Shown: in pieces, positions 10,800 through 20,918 of the stretch
Numbering within the stretch: the stretch's first letter is position 1
How the letters are laid out: every line of letters starts with the position of its first letter
Assembly: GCA_049325535.1 (NCBI GenBank)
Contig: JBMOKY010000001.1
Span: 157,002 to 221,001, forward strand
DNA: 64,000 nt
Direction: 5' to 3'
DNA from: Patescibacteria group bacterium
GTDB lineage: Bacteria; Patescibacteriota; Patescibacteriia; UBA10025; JAHIVO01
Notes under the pieces: generated by a model
Told to the model about the DNA's origin: nothing
What the model saw: the letters and a program-made list of their open reading frames with translations, nothing else
The model's database searches: none
Made by a program: the position numbers and the translations under genes

Positions 10800-12125
10800 A
10801 TGGAAACCTTACTCGAAAAAAATATACGTGATATCGTAGCACTGACCCCGGCCGACCTCGTTCGACAGGACATCGCTGATCAGATGGTGGAGGTGGTCTA
10901 TGAATATGAGCGGACAGCTCGTTTTGGTGATCTGAGTAAGCTGGTCAATTTTTTCTCGTCGCGTCTGACGCATGATTTCGAGCGGGCGTATCCGGAGCGG
11001 GCGCAGCTGTACTGGTCACTGCTCATCTGGACGAAATTCGTGGTACTGCATCTCTTGCCGGATGATGACGTGGAGCAATTGATGGCCAAACACCTACTCG
11101 AGGGATTTGATCTGGAGATCGACATCCGCCAGCGGATCAAGCTGCTTTTTCAGCAGAGCTGGGACCCGTATCTGCGGGGGGAAAAGCGCGATCGCCTGCT
11201 GAAGGCTTTTTCGGAAAATGAGCAGCAGCTCTGGCCGGGCAAACTGGAGCTAGGTAACGGGCGGATGGCACCGGCTACTGTATCGAATATACTGCTTGAC
11301 TACAATCGTTTTGCCAAATCTGATGAACCGCGTGGGAGCCTGGAGCAGGCGAGCTATCTGGATCGTAGCCCCAATACCAAAGGTTTGACCGAATCGAATC
11401 GAGCCCGGGTGCTGCAAATCATTCAGCTGTATGATTTTGTCCGCTATCCGCCGATTGAGGAGATGGCACGCGAACAGGTGGTTTCCCCACTGATTCAGAG
11501 CGGTCCGAAAGCCCCAGGCGCCAAACGGGCGCTGCCGGATGAACCGTTGCAAATTCCCGGCCAGGGGGTACCCCTCTCGGCCACGATAGTGGACCCTATG
11601 GAGCGTCTAAAAATTCAGTATCAGACATATCGGGCAAAGCGTCGGCCGGTTCTCGATGCCGAAGATGCGCTGATGGTCGGTACCGGGGGCGATGTCCAGG
11701 CGTTGAAACGCGAACTCGCGGCAGCATCGCGCAACCGGGAAAAATACCGGCTGATCGCCTGTCTGAAGATCTTGGCCCGGGAGCAGGCGCTGGTGACTGC
11801 TGTTCAGTCCAGTCCGGCTTGGCAGCAGGCGACCGCTGATTTCGTAGTCAGGAAATATCGGGATGAAATCAGCGATCGGGAATTGCCCCTGGTGCAGCAG
11901 CAGGCAAAGTCGCGCGCGGACCTGCCGCAGGTACTGGCTGAATTTCTCCAGTATTTGTTACGTGAAAAATTGGAAATGAGCCAGAATGATTCCGCCCTGG
12001 TCGGTGTGGAGATTGGACAATTATTGGGCGGTAGTTTCGAGGGCATGGCCTATGGCAATCAGCAAACCGGTGAATTTGAGTGGGCGCGGTATGCTGTGCG
12101 TGACGGGCAACTCGTTCCCCGGTAG
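10800..12125 (+). CDS. hypothetical protein (441 aa)
   Basis: Long ORF with coding-like composition and no recognisable motif. Confidence 0.6.
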   Translation: METLLEKNIRDIVALTPADLVRQDIADQMVEVVYEYERTARFGDLSKLVNFFSSRLTHDFERAYPERAQLYWSLLIWTKFVVLHLLPDDDVEQLMAKHLLEGFDLEIDIRQRIKLLFQQSWDPYLRGEKRDRLLKAFSENEQQLWPGKLELGNGRMAPATVSNILLDYNRFAKSDEPRGSLEQASYLDRSPNTKGLTESNRARVLQIIQLYDFVRYPPIEEMAREQVVSPLIQSGPKAPGAKRALPDEPLQIPGQGVPLSATIVDPMERLKIQYQTYRAKRRPVLDAEDALMVGTGGDVQALKRELAAASRNREKYRLIACLKILAREQALVTAVQSSPAWQQATADFVVRKYRDEISDRELPLVQQQAKSRADLPQVLAEFLQYLLREKLEMSQNDSALVGVEIGQLLGGSFEGMAYGNQQTGEFEWARYAVRDGQLVPR

Positions 12126-12223
12126 TTGACGTCAATCAATTTTTTCTTGGGTGTCCCGCATGCTCTAGCAGGCATGGAGGTTGATTTTTTGCGTACAATT
12201 TGGCACAATAAGACAAACGCACT

Positions 12224-13846
12224 ATGGGTACGCGACGAGAATCCTATAAGGTAATTGCCCGCGACCATGCCACCATGTTTTTTCATTTGGCGGCATATAT
12301 TGAGGCGACTGCCACCACCTCGCGGCGTATTATCGGTATGCCCGACACCTCGCTGGCGGGCATCACGGAAAATGGTTTTTGGAAATATTCCGCGCAGATG
12401 CGGAAAGCGCTGGCGGCGACTCGGCATACGCTGAAGAAATTGGAGGGCGCGTCGTTTTTCCGCCGGGTCTATGACCAGCAGAAAAAAAGTTGTGCCGCAG
12501 TAGTGCGGCAGACGCGGCAGATTCGGGATGCCCGCATCAGCCAGTGGTCAGATCGACAGCTCGTGGCTGCTTATCGGAGGATCTATAGGCTCTGGGTCGA
12601 GATGAATGCTTGGGGTCAGGTGCCAAATCTGGCTGATTTTGAGCATTTTCTGCTGACGGAAAAAATCATGGGATTTCTGCGCGAACGCTCAAGCGGCAAA
12701 TCGATTTCTCCGGCGGAAGCGTTTGGCGTATTAGTAGCGCCGGTGGAGCGGTCGCCTTTGGCCCGGTATGAAGGAGATTTGTATACTGTGCTTGGCCGTA
12801 TTCAGGCGGATACCGCCGCCCGCAATATGTTCCGTCGGCATGCGACAGCGGATATCGATATCCGACTGCGGTCATTTCCCGTGCTGCAACGCACGGTGAA
12901 TCAGCTGGTGCGGCGGTATGACTGGATGCAGTACCATTATAATGGTCCAACCATACTCAGTCGATCGTATTTCATCGAGCTGCTCGCAAGTGAGATCAGG
13001 CAGGGAGTGGATGCTCGAGCAAAAGCTGCTGCTCAGGCCGCCCATATTCCCCAAACAAAAGCCGAGCAGCGACGAATCGCGGCACTGCTTGGCTTGACTG
13101 ACCATGAGCGGTACTGGGTGTGTGTAGCCCGGACATTTGCTTATCTGAAAGCATTGCGCAAGGATACGGTCTTCATCGGCAGCCGCAATTCCGAGCAGCT
13201 ATTTTCCGAGCTCGGCCGTCGGCTCCACATCAGTCGTACTCAGGCGCGCTACCTGTCGCCGGACGAGGCAGAGCGGTGGCTGCGGCGCGGTCGGGCAGAC
13301 GTCGATCTGGTCAATGACCGGTATCGGCTCAGCGTGATCTATGCTGATGAAAAAAAATTACATATCATCACCGGCGCACCGGCAAAAAAAATGAGCAAGC
13401 TTTTTTATGAAGAACAAGCGCCAAAACATGTGAAAGAACTGACCGGCACATCAGCCTATCCCGGTCGGGTGCGCGGTCGGGTGAAGATCATCATCCATGC
13501 TGATGACATGCAGCGGATGAACCGAGGGGATATCCTGATTTCTCCCGCCACAAATCCAAATGTCGTCCCAGCTATGAAGATTGCCGGCGCGATCGTGACG
13601 GATGAGGGCGGAGTGACCTGTCATGCGGCGATTGTGTCTCGGGAATTGAGAAAACCTTGCGTCATCGGCACGCGGGTGGCCACCAAAGTATTCACAGACG
13701 GCGACCGAGTGGAGGTGGATGCGCAGCGCGGCATCGTTCGTAAACTTCCCGATCAGTCTGTTACTGTATCCCAGCGCCATGTGAAGTTCTCTACCCATCC
13801 CAAGCGTGGCGCGCGGGCGACGAAAGGCGGGGTAAGGAAAATATGA
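12224..13846 (+). CDS. PEP-utilizing-enzyme mobile (swivel phospho-His) domain protein, paralog 1. It resembles the substrate-binding plus His domains of rifampin phosphotransferase/PEP synthase and lacks an ATP-grasp domain
   Basis: C-terminal motif GDILISPATNPNVVPAMKIAGAIVTDEGGVTCHAAIVSRELRKPCVIG, with the catalytic His in a GGxTxHAAIxxREL context. ~400-aa N-terminal domain of unknown fold. ATGA overlap with the next gene. Confidence 0.8.
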   Translation: MGTRRESYKVIARDHATMFFHLAAYIEATATTSRRIIGMPDTSLAGITENGFWKYSAQMRKALAATRHTLKKLEGASFFRRVYDQQKKSCAAVVRQTRQIRDARISQWSDRQLVAAYRRIYRLWVEMNAWGQVPNLADFEHFLLTEKIMGFLRERSSGKSISPAEAFGVLVAPVERSPLARYEGDLYTVLGRIQADTAARNMFRRHATADIDIRLRSFPVLQRTVNQLVRRYDWMQYHYNGPTILSRSYFIELLASEIRQGVDARAKAAAQAAHIPQTKAEQRRIAALLGLTDHERYWVCVARTFAYLKALRKDTVFIGSRNSEQLFSELGRRLHISRTQARYLSPDEAERWLRRGRADVDLVNDRYRLSVIYADEKKLHIITGAPAKKMSKLFYEEQAPKHVKELTGTSAYPGRVRGRVKIIIHADDMQRMNRGDILISPATNPNVVPAMKIAGAIVTDEGGVTCHAAIVSRELRKPCVIGTRVATKVFTDGDRVEVDAQRGIVRKLPDQSVTVSQRHVKFSTHPKRGARATKGGVRKI

Positions 13847-15456
13847 AACACCCGCGATTTTTATATGATGCCGATCCATGGATGCTCGGCGAGGATATCC
13901 CTGATGCCGATGTTTTTTTTGCCCAGATCTGGCAGTCGGCATTTGTGAATGAATTTTCCCGTCCGAGTGGCCGGGCATATCGGAAATTGCTCAATGTCCA
14001 GCGGGGTCAGCACCTCTGGTTTTATTTTGGAGAGCGGGATTCATATGATGCCGGTGAACATATAGCCCGGCGAATCATTGGCGATCCTCAATGGGCGACC
14101 ACTATCAATAAGAATATCGTGCTCTGGGCCGATCGACTGCGCGGATTTGCCGAAACAATCCCCGATGATTCTTTAGCAGCGTTGTCCAATGCGGCGCTGT
14201 GGCGGTGGTATCGAAAACACGACGCGGTACATACGCAATATTATCAATGGTGCTGGATCCCCGTCGGTGCTGACATGTTCCATGACAATCTGACCAATCG
14301 GGTGAAGCGGTATCTCCGACAGCGTACGCCCGAAGATAACATCAATGAATACCTGGTCATATTGACGCAGCCGCGCAAGAAGTCGCTGATCCAAATAGAA
14401 CATGAGGATTTCCTGAAAATCGCCGGGGTGATTTACCGTCATACGAAACAGCGGGACATTTTCAGGAAACTGTATCGGACATTCCAGGAGCAGCAGACCG
14501 CGCCCATGGGTCTCAAAACGCACACTCCCGAGTATGAACGCGTGCTCGAAGAGCGAGTGAAGGGCATGAAAGCTCAAATCCCCTCCTCGATACTCAGACG
14601 TATTGAGCGCCATTACCGGGCGTATTATTATGTGAAATTCATGTGGATCGGCAAAGACGGAGTGTATTCGTTTGACCACTACCTGAAAGAGCTGGTGAAG
14701 CTGATTGGCAGCGGGGTAAACCCGCTTATGGAATTAGCCAGGCTCGGTCGTGAGTTCAGGCGGCAACAGCAGGTGCGACAGCGGCTGATGAAAAAATTGC
14801 GGATCGGACCGAAATGGCGGAAGGTGTTTGATGAGTGGGGCGATTTCATGGTGACCAAGATCTACCGCCGCTATGCCCAGATATATGCCATCTACCGGAT
14901 GCAGCCGATACTGAGGGAGATCGCTCGGCGTATCCGGTTGTCCGATGGGGACGTCCGGTTCATGCTGAAAGATGAAGTGCGCCAGGCGCTGCTGCAGAAA
15001 AAAGTGAACCGCGCTGCCATCCGTTCGCGCAGGAAACTGGCGGTGTATTATTATGAAAAGGGCTTAGAAATGGTATTTACCGGAGCCAGAGCCCGAGCGT
15101 TGGTGAAGCGGGTAGAAAAAATACACACGCATGATGTTCGTGAGGTGACAGGCCAGGTGGGCTGCGTCGGTATGGCTGCCGGCATCGTGAAGTTGGTTTT
15201 TCGTCCATCAGACATGCCCAAGATGAATACCGGGGATATTTTAGTGTCGATCGCCACGGATCCTGATATCGTACCCGCCATGAAAAAAGCAGCAGCCATC
15301 GTGACTGAGCAGGGCGGCATGACGTCGCACGCGGCCATCGTCGCTCGCGAGCTTGGTATCCCCTGCGTCATCGGCACGAAAATCGCCACTAAAGTATTCA
15401 CAGACGGCGACCGGGTGGAAGTGGATGCGACGAAAGGAATTGTGCGGAAGATATGA
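13843..15456 (+). CDS. PEP-utilizing-enzyme mobile (swivel phospho-His) domain protein, paralog 2
   Basis: C-terminal GDILVSIATDPDIVPAMKKAAAIVTEQGGMTSHAAIVARELGIPCVIG. Start overlaps the stop of paralog 1, and the stop overlaps the start of paralog 3. Confidence 0.8.
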   Translation: MKHPRFLYDADPWMLGEDIPDADVFFAQIWQSAFVNEFSRPSGRAYRKLLNVQRGQHLWFYFGERDSYDAGEHIARRIIGDPQWATTINKNIVLWADRLRGFAETIPDDSLAALSNAALWRWYRKHDAVHTQYYQWCWIPVGADMFHDNLTNRVKRYLRQRTPEDNINEYLVILTQPRKKSLIQIEHEDFLKIAGVIYRHTKQRDIFRKLYRTFQEQQTAPMGLKTHTPEYERVLEERVKGMKAQIPSSILRRIERHYRAYYYVKFMWIGKDGVYSFDHYLKELVKLIGSGVNPLMELARLGREFRRQQQVRQRLMKKLRIGPKWRKVFDEWGDFMVTKIYRRYAQIYAIYRMQPILREIARRIRLSDGDVRFMLKDEVRQALLQKKVNRAAIRSRRKLAVYYYEKGLEMVFTGARARALVKRVEKIHTHDVREVTGQVGCVGMAAGIVKLVFRPSDMPKMNTGDILVSIATDPDIVPAMKKAAAIVTEQGGMTSHAAIVARELGIPCVIGTKIATKVFTDGDRVEVDATKGIVRKI

Positions 15457-16802
15457 ACACTATCAAATGGGTCAAACAACTGACTCGAGAAAATACACTA
15501 CTGGATCGCTCGCTCCGGACCGCTGCGTATTATGACAGTGTGCGAAAAATTGGTGCGGCCCGCTTTGCGGAAGCGCTTGTTGTCGGGTTTGGATCGGTTT
15601 CGTCATTTTATTATTCCGCGGCTGACTATAGAAAACAACGCGCCATCATAGCCCGTGAATTCCATGGGCCAAACATGTATCAGATGAGCGAGCAGATGGT
15701 GCATGCATTGGAACAGGCATACCGTTGGAGTCGAGCTGCTCGACGCCAGCACGTATCCGCGCGGCAGTATGCCGATTTTTTCCGGGAGTTTCAGCTTCAT
15801 CACGCTCATGCCCGAGGAGCCATCGTATATGGGTACTGGGGTGAGCCGTCGGCGCGCGCCAGCCTGCGCGCAGCATTACGTCGCCGTTTGTCGGCACGTC
15901 GGAGTGATGCTGTACTTTCCTTGTTGTCTTCCCCGCGCTATGTCCCCGGAGTACTCCAGCGGTTGCGGCGTCTCCCATCCCAGTCAGAGCGCCAGCGTTT
16001 GCAGCTGATGCGATCGATCGGTCTGAGTAAATCGGCCCAGCAAAAGGTGGAGCACATGAGTTGGCTGACATTTTTTTATGAATATGGGGAATTTGTCGCT
16101 GGGCATGTATACCAGACGCTGGTAATGCACCTCCGGCACTTAGCACGAAGCGATAGACAATTCCACGATCTCGAATGGTATGATCCGATTTCACTCAAGC
16201 GCTATTTCCAGGGCAAACGATTATCCCCAGATGAATTAGACAGGCGCCGTGAGTGTTATATCATAGAAATGAAGCACGGTCGATGGAAAATACTGTCAGG
16301 GAAGGCAGCGCGGCAATATTATCACCGATTGTTCGGAAATGACTCTCGCCGTACCGTAGCCGCACCGATAGTGAAAGGTATGACCGCTCAACCGGGCAGG
16401 GTAGTCGGGACAGTGCGAATTGTCATCAGGCGAGCTGACCAGGCTTCAGTTTGCGAGGGTGATATAATCGTTTCGCCCATGACCACCCCTCATCTGATGA
16501 CCGCCGTACGAAAGGCGGCGGCGATAGTAACGGACGAGGGTGGCATGACGGCGCACGCTGCCATCGTCGCTCGTGAGCTGAAGGTTCCGTGCGTTGTCGG
16601 AACAAAAAACGCCACCACGGTATTTAAAGACGGCGATATGGTAGAAGTGGATGCGCAGCGCGGCATCGTCCGCAAACTGCCCGATCAGTCTGAGGTAGTA
16701 AACCAGCGACGTGATGACAGAGCACCGCAGATCCGCGCGAAGTCCCGCACCCGCCGCAGGCGTGGTGTGCGAGCCACTCGTGGAATAGTCAAGAAAGTAT
16801 AA
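15453..16802 (+). CDS. PEP-utilizing-enzyme mobile (swivel phospho-His) domain protein, paralog 3
   Basis: C-terminal GDIIVSPMTTPHLMTAVRKAAAIVTDEGGMTAHAAIVARELKVPCVVG. Its Arg-rich C-terminal tail is shared with paralog 1. Confidence 0.8.
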   Translation: MNTIKWVKQLTRENTLLDRSLRTAAYYDSVRKIGAARFAEALVVGFGSVSSFYYSAADYRKQRAIIAREFHGPNMYQMSEQMVHALEQAYRWSRAARRQHVSARQYADFFREFQLHHAHARGAIVYGYWGEPSARASLRAALRRRLSARRSDAVLSLLSSPRYVPGVLQRLRRLPSQSERQRLQLMRSIGLSKSAQQKVEHMSWLTFFYEYGEFVAGHVYQTLVMHLRHLARSDRQFHDLEWYDPISLKRYFQGKRLSPDELDRRRECYIIEMKHGRWKILSGKAARQYYHRLFGNDSRRTVAAPIVKGMTAQPGRVVGTVRIVIRRADQASVCEGDIIVSPMTTPHLMTAVRKAAAIVTDEGGMTAHAAIVARELKVPCVVGTKNATTVFKDGDMVEVDAQRGIVRKLPDQSEVVNQRRDDRAPQIRAKSRTRRRRGVRATRGIVKKV

Positions 16803-16804
16803 AT

Positions 16805-17386
16805 ATGTTTACTGGTATTATTTCCGCACAATCAAAGGTAATGGGTCACGCAGGCGCCGACGGGAGCATAGTGTTTGCATTTCAGCGGCCGCCGAAGTGG
16901 CACATCAAGAAGGGCGACAGTATTGCCGTCAATGGTATTTGTTCTACGGTGTCGGGCTTGACCCGAACGTCATTTGCGGTTGAGTACATGCCCGAGACAG
17001 TGCACAAGACCACGGTGGCACAGTGGCAGCGCGGGATGGGAGTCAACCTGGAATCGAGTTTACGCTATGGTGATACGCTTGGCGGACACCTGGTGATGGG
17101 GCATATTGATTGCGTCGGTATCGTGCGGCAGGTTGGTCGCCAGGGGCGGTCACGCGCCGTACGCATCGCGATTCCACGGAAGTTTTCGCGATATATCGCC
17201 CCTAAGGGCTCGGTAGCCATCGACGGGGTAAGTCTGACGGTGGTGCGGGCAGGACGCGGCTTTTTTTCCGTCGCATTAGTTGACTACACCCGGCGCCACA
17301 CAACGCTTGGTTTCCTTCGCGAGGGGATGGCAGCCAATATCGAATGTGATATCGTGGGTAAATATTTAGAACAATTAGCAGCATAA
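16805..17386 (+). CDS. ribE: riboflavin synthase (alpha subunit)
   Basis: MFTGII start, NGxCSTV, ETxxKTT, GGHLVMGHID and GSVAIDGVSLTVV motifs, all typical of riboflavin synthase lumazine-binding repeats. Confidence 0.9.
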   Translation: MFTGIISAQSKVMGHAGADGSIVFAFQRPPKWHIKKGDSIAVNGICSTVSGLTRTSFAVEYMPETVHKTTVAQWQRGMGVNLESSLRYGDTLGGHLVMGHIDCVGIVRQVGRQGRSRAVRIAIPRKFSRYIAPKGSVAIDGVSLTVVRAGRGFFSVALVDYTRRHTTLGFLREGMAANIECDIVGKYLEQLAA

Positions 17387-17438
17387 TTCTATGCGGCGAC
17401 TCAAACTGCCTCATATTCAAAAACTATCGGGGAGTACA

Positions 17439-17849
17439 ATGCGCGTTGGGATTGTCGTTTCGGATTTCAATGGTGATATCACCAGCCGATTGCTGCATGG
17501 CGCCACGACCGCACTGCGGAAGTACGGTGTCGTGCCGCGCAATATCACGGTGGTACACGTGCCGGGCGGCTTTGAGATCCCCCTCGCCTGCCAGCGGCTT
17601 GCGCGTACAAAAAAATTCGACGCACTGGTAGCGCTCGGTTGTGTGATCAAGGGCGCCACTGACCATTATTATTACATCGCCGGCGAGGCGTCGCGGGGCA
17701 TCATGCGGGTCATGCTTGACCATGGCATTCCCATCGGATTCGGCGTATTGACTACCCACACGCTCGCGCAGGCGCGGGCACGATCCAGTCAGCGTGATAA
17801 TGCGGGTCGGCATGCGGTTGAAGCGGCGTTGGTGATGGCACTGAAATGA
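17439..17849 (+). CDS. ribH: 6,7-dimethyl-8-ribityllumazine synthase
   Basis: MRVGIVVSDFNGDITSRLLHGA...ITVVHVPGGFEIPLA...ALGCVIKGATDHYYYIAGEASRGI...GFGVLTT. GGGGAG RBS lies 6 nt upstream of the ATG at 17439. The ORF track's longer frame starts at 17391. Confidence 0.9.
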   Translation: MRVGIVVSDFNGDITSRLLHGATTALRKYGVVPRNITVVHVPGGFEIPLACQRLARTKKFDALVALGCVIKGATDHYYYIAGEASRGIMRVMLDHGIPIGFGVLTTHTLAQARARSSQRDNAGRHAVEAALVMALK

Positions 17850-18469
17850 AATCCTCTATCAAACTCATCCTCTGGGATTTTAATGGGGTGACGGTAGTTG
17901 GTGACCACACCTTAACATCAAAACACTTCGGCAAGAAACACCATGCGCCATGGCGGCGGGTATATGCAATTTTGTATACCAAATATTTTAATCAACTGGC
18001 GCTGAATACAATCAGCGAACAGAAAGCGTGGTCAGCGCCCCTGCGGGAATTAGGCTGGCATGAAGACTGGCGGGCGGTACGGCGGTGGCACCTCGGGCAG
18101 CAGCGTCTCCGCACAACCGTGATCGGGTATGTCCAGTCATTGCGGCGTCGCGGATACCAGTGTGTGCTGTTCAGTAAGAATTATGAACCGTGGGTCAAAT
18201 ACCAAGAACGGCGCTTACATTTCAGTCGGTATTTTGACGACGTGCTGAATACGCAGAAATATAACCTGCCGAAAGCCAGCCAGAAAACCATCCGGTTTGT
18301 CTGCCGGCGGTATGCGGTTAAACCCGAGGAGATTATCTATATCGACGATCAGCGGATCAATCTGATTGAAGCGCAAAAGCTCGGCGTACAGATACTGCAC
18401 TATCGTACTTTCAAACAGACTCGTCACCAATTGACGAAGTTACTCCTTCGCTCGGCTACACCCGAGTAG
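17846..18469 (+). CDS. HAD-superfamily-like hydrolase with a variant motif I (DFNGV)
   Basis: N-terminal LILWDFNGVTVVGDH (HAD motif-I-like, second Asp replaced by Asn). C-terminal IYIDDQRINLIEAQKLGV (motif-IV-like DD). ATGA overlap with ribH. Confidence 0.5.
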   Translation: MKSSIKLILWDFNGVTVVGDHTLTSKHFGKKHHAPWRRVYAILYTKYFNQLALNTISEQKAWSAPLRELGWHEDWRAVRRWHLGQQRLRTTVIGYVQSLRRRGYQCVLFSKNYEPWVKYQERRLHFSRYFDDVLNTQKYNLPKASQKTIRFVCRRYAVKPEEIIYIDDQRINLIEAQKLGVQILHYRTFKQTRHQLTKLLLRSATPE

Positions 18470-19172
18470 ATCCTTTCCGGTGTTTTCTCAGGTAGGCGCG
18501 GAAATATGTCCACTTGGCTGTATCCTGGTGCCAGTAGTTCGGGTAGCGCACATACCACCGCATCAGTTGCAGCCCCTCTGCTGAAATAAACCCATGCTGG
18601 TACTGGGCGGTCATGATCTCGTCCAGGCTGCACATGCTCCACAGGCGCACGCGCAAGCTTTTGGTCCAGCGGTCTGCTCCGGGACTTCCCCTATGGGCGA
18701 CCACCATCAGGTCGGTCACGGTAAATCCCGTAGCCCGTACGTTGCGCACGAATTTTTTCTTTGAGGTGCCATTTGCCGTGGCGTCATCGATGATCAGGGC
18801 GCGACTGCCTTTTTTTATACTCGGTACGTTTCCTTCTACCGCCTGTCCCAGGCCGCCTTTTTTCGGATCCTTCCGTACGTACAGGAATGGTTTGCGAAGC
18901 AGTAGAGCCAGCGCGGTAGCAATGGGTATGCCGGCAGTGGCGCAGCCGACGATGACATCGGATGTGATACGGTGCTGCCGGATGATGCGTGCCAATTCAC
19001 GGGCTACTATTTGGATGTTGCCCGGTTTCGTGTACATCTTCCGCATGTCGGGATAGAGCGGAATCCACCACCCGCCGGTGGTCTGGTAGGGGCCGACGGT
19101 AGTGAAATGCGGTGTAGCGCCAAACAGAGAAATGATTTTTTTGTTATGAAAATAGTGTGCGTAGTCAGTCAT
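18456..19172 (-). CDS. pyrE: type I phosphoribosyltransferase, orotate phosphoribosyltransferase-like
   Basis: SDVIVGCATAGIPIATALALLL, PFLYVRKDPKKGGLGQAVEG and the PRPP-binding RALIIDDATANGTS are collinear with OPRTase motifs. Confidence 0.5.
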   Translation of the reverse strand: MTDYAHYFHNKKIISLFGATPHFTTVGPYQTTGGWWIPLYPDMRKMYTKPGNIQIVARELARIIRQHRITSDVIVGCATAGIPIATALALLLRKPFLYVRKDPKKGGLGQAVEGNVPSIKKGSRALIIDDATANGTSKKKFVRNVRATGFTVTDLMVVAHRGSPGADRWTKSLRVRLWSMCSLDEIMTAQYQHGFISAEGLQLMRWYVRYPNYWHQDTAKWTYFRAYLRKHRKGSTRV

Positions 19173-19200
19173 GGGTACAGTATACCACCAGCGGGTAAAT

Positions 19201-19236
19201 AAAAAAGCGCGTCAACCCGAGGGCAGTTGACGCGCT
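19201..19236 (-). terminator. Rho-independent terminator downstream of the 19263..19946 gene
   Basis: Top strand reads AAAAAA-GCGCGTCAAC-CCGAGGGCA-GTTGACGCGC. On the minus strand this is a 10-bp GC-rich stem followed by a T6 run immediately 3' of the gene end. Confidence 0.65.
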
Positions 19237-19262
19237 GATAGGCATGGGGCCGACACGCGCCG

Positions 19263-19946
19263 TTAGCGGCGCGTAATCTTTGCCATTTTGACAAAGTCCA
19301 CGACGCCGTCGGTGTGCCGGTTGCGTTTGACCTCAACCGGTACGTTGTTTTCGTCGAACACGATGTCGTAGGCTTCGCATTCCCACAGGGCGCCGTCGAT
19401 CTCGTCAAGTCGGAAGCGCAGCGGAGCGGTATTACCTCCGCCTGCCCCAGCTTTCCGCTGAGCCAGAACCGCGACCGGTTCGATGCAGCCACCGTGGGAG
19501 AAAATAACCGCCACTTCTCCATCGGCGAGTTCATGTGCAATGCTGCAAATGCGCTCGTAGCCGGCCTCACCTCGCTCGATGAGGTACTCGGCTAGGTTAG
19601 CCTCCGGTTCGAATATCGCTTCCTCGATCGTCAGATTCTTCTGGCAGCCGATTTCCTTCAGCCGGGCAATGATGTCCGGTTTCGGAGTGCCGTTCCATTC
19701 GGGCGGCATCTGGTCGAACGTCGCATCGGTTTCGATGGCGCAGTCACTGATGCCAGCAGCCGGCAGGTAAATGACAGCGGTTTCCTGGGCGCGCGGTGCC
19801 GGAGAAGAGACAACCTTCTTCACCGTGGTCAGGGGGTTCATGCCACCGGCGATTGTTGCCAGGGCGGTACCGAATTTGCTGTCTTTGACAGCATTGGCGC
19901 CATCGATGGTGACCGAGTGACGAACCATACGCACGAGTTTCATCAT
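19263..19946 (-). CDS. histidine phosphatase superfamily (phosphoglycerate-mutase-like) protein
   Basis: N-terminal VRMVRHSVTIDG (RHG-type motif) and C-terminal VIFSHGGCIEP (SHG motif). Confidence 0.55.
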   Translation of the reverse strand: MMKLVRMVRHSVTIDGANAVKDSKFGTALATIAGGMNPLTTVKKVVSSPAPRAQETAVIYLPAAGISDCAIETDATFDQMPPEWNGTPKPDIIARLKEIGCQKNLTIEEAIFEPEANLAEYLIERGEAGYERICSIAHELADGEVAVIFSHGGCIEPVAVLAQRKAGAGGGNTAPLRFRLDEIDGALWECEAYDIVFDENNVPVEVKRNRHTDGVVDFVKMAKITRR

Positions 19947-20098
19947 TTCCTCCTGTCCCAGCCGGGACGGTTTTCAGTTACAGTATTTGTATCGTTTATT
20001 GCCTATTGTATAGATGCCAAGGTGCAAAAAATAACCAGCCATACTAACATGCATTAGCGGATTTGTCAATAGATATAGGCTGTATTACTGACAAATCA

Positions 20099-20140
20099 AA
20101 AAAAAGAACCCCCAGCGTATGCGTGTGCATACGACTGGGG
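20099..20140 (-). terminator. Rho-independent terminator downstream of the 20162..20797 gene
   Basis: Top strand AAAAAAAGAA-CCCCCAGCGTATGC-GTGT-GCATACGACTGGGG. On the minus strand this is a ~13-bp stem followed by a T-rich run. Confidence 0.6.
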
Positions 20141-20161
20141 ATTGTGCAGGGAAAGGGGGGC

Positions 20162-20797
20162 TTATTGGGCCTTGTGCGTGGCGAGGTATCGCTCCTCGAC
20201 CGTTTTGCCGCTTTCGTTGAGGATGAGCTCAACGATCTGGCCCGGCTCCATGAAATGAGCCGGCTGGAGCGGCCTGCCGCAGCTGTTCGGGTGCCGCAGA
20301 CTGTCGATGGTCACCTCCATCCGGGATCCGCTATGGGAGACGGCGAGGATGGTTTTGCCGGGTATGGTGTGGTTGCGCAGCACCGCGGCGCCTTCGTTGC
20401 CGCGCCGCAGCAGCATCGCCGCAACCTCGTGGTTGCGTTCGGCCATGGTGAAGAGGTAGGTCTCGATATTGGAGCCGGTTTCAGCCGCTCCAGACTTGAT
20501 CGACTGAACCAGCTCCGGGTCCTCCTGCGCGAGGTCCCCGAGATCGGGATCGGTGGTGGTGTATCCACCCGAGCCGAACCCGGCCTTGGTGAAGTAGGCG
20601 GTGGCTAGGCAGCGGTCAGCCGGTGAGCTGACACAACCGGCGATTTCGATGCCGGCTGCTTTCAGTTGCTTTGCCTGGGCGATCAGCAGATCAGACTGCC
20701 CATCCTTCAGGATGTTTCCCTCATGCGCGGCATGGCGCATGAACAACACCCGACACTCCGTCTCTTTCAGCTGACGGAATTCTAATGACTCTGACAC
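20162..20797 (-). CDS. histidine phosphatase superfamily protein, paralog of 19263..19946
   Basis: VLFMRHAAHEGN (RHG-type motif) and ILAVSHSGSRME (SHG motif). Confidence 0.6.
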   Translation of the reverse strand: MSESLEFRQLKETECRVLFMRHAAHEGNILKDGQSDLLIAQAKQLKAAGIEIAGCVSSPADRCLATAYFTKAGFGSGGYTTTDPDLGDLAQEDPELVQSIKSGAAETGSNIETYLFTMAERNHEVAAMLLRRGNEGAAVLRNHTIPGKTILAVSHSGSRMEVTIDSLRHPNSCGRPLQPAHFMEPGQIVELILNESGKTVEERYLATHKAQ

Positions 20798-20918
20798 GAT
20801 ACCTCCTACCCTTTGTGAAAGGGTTTTTCTATAGGTTTATGTTTGGTTTTCTATGTGCAAAATGACCTCGTATCGTAGCACGAGGGCGGGTATTTGTCAA
20901 TACCGTGTATGCGGCGTC

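Noticed and set aside
12140-12195. Intrinsic terminator after the 10800..12125 gene
   Set aside because: Only a 5-bp CATGC/GCATG stem, with 8 nt separating it from the T-run. Too weak to call.
20806-20827. Plus-orientation hairpin CCCTTT-GTGA-AAGGG followed by TTTTT between two minus-strand genes
   Set aside because: Its orientation does not match either flanking gene. It may be a bidirectional or leader structure, but with no upstream + transcript unit it is not called as a terminator.
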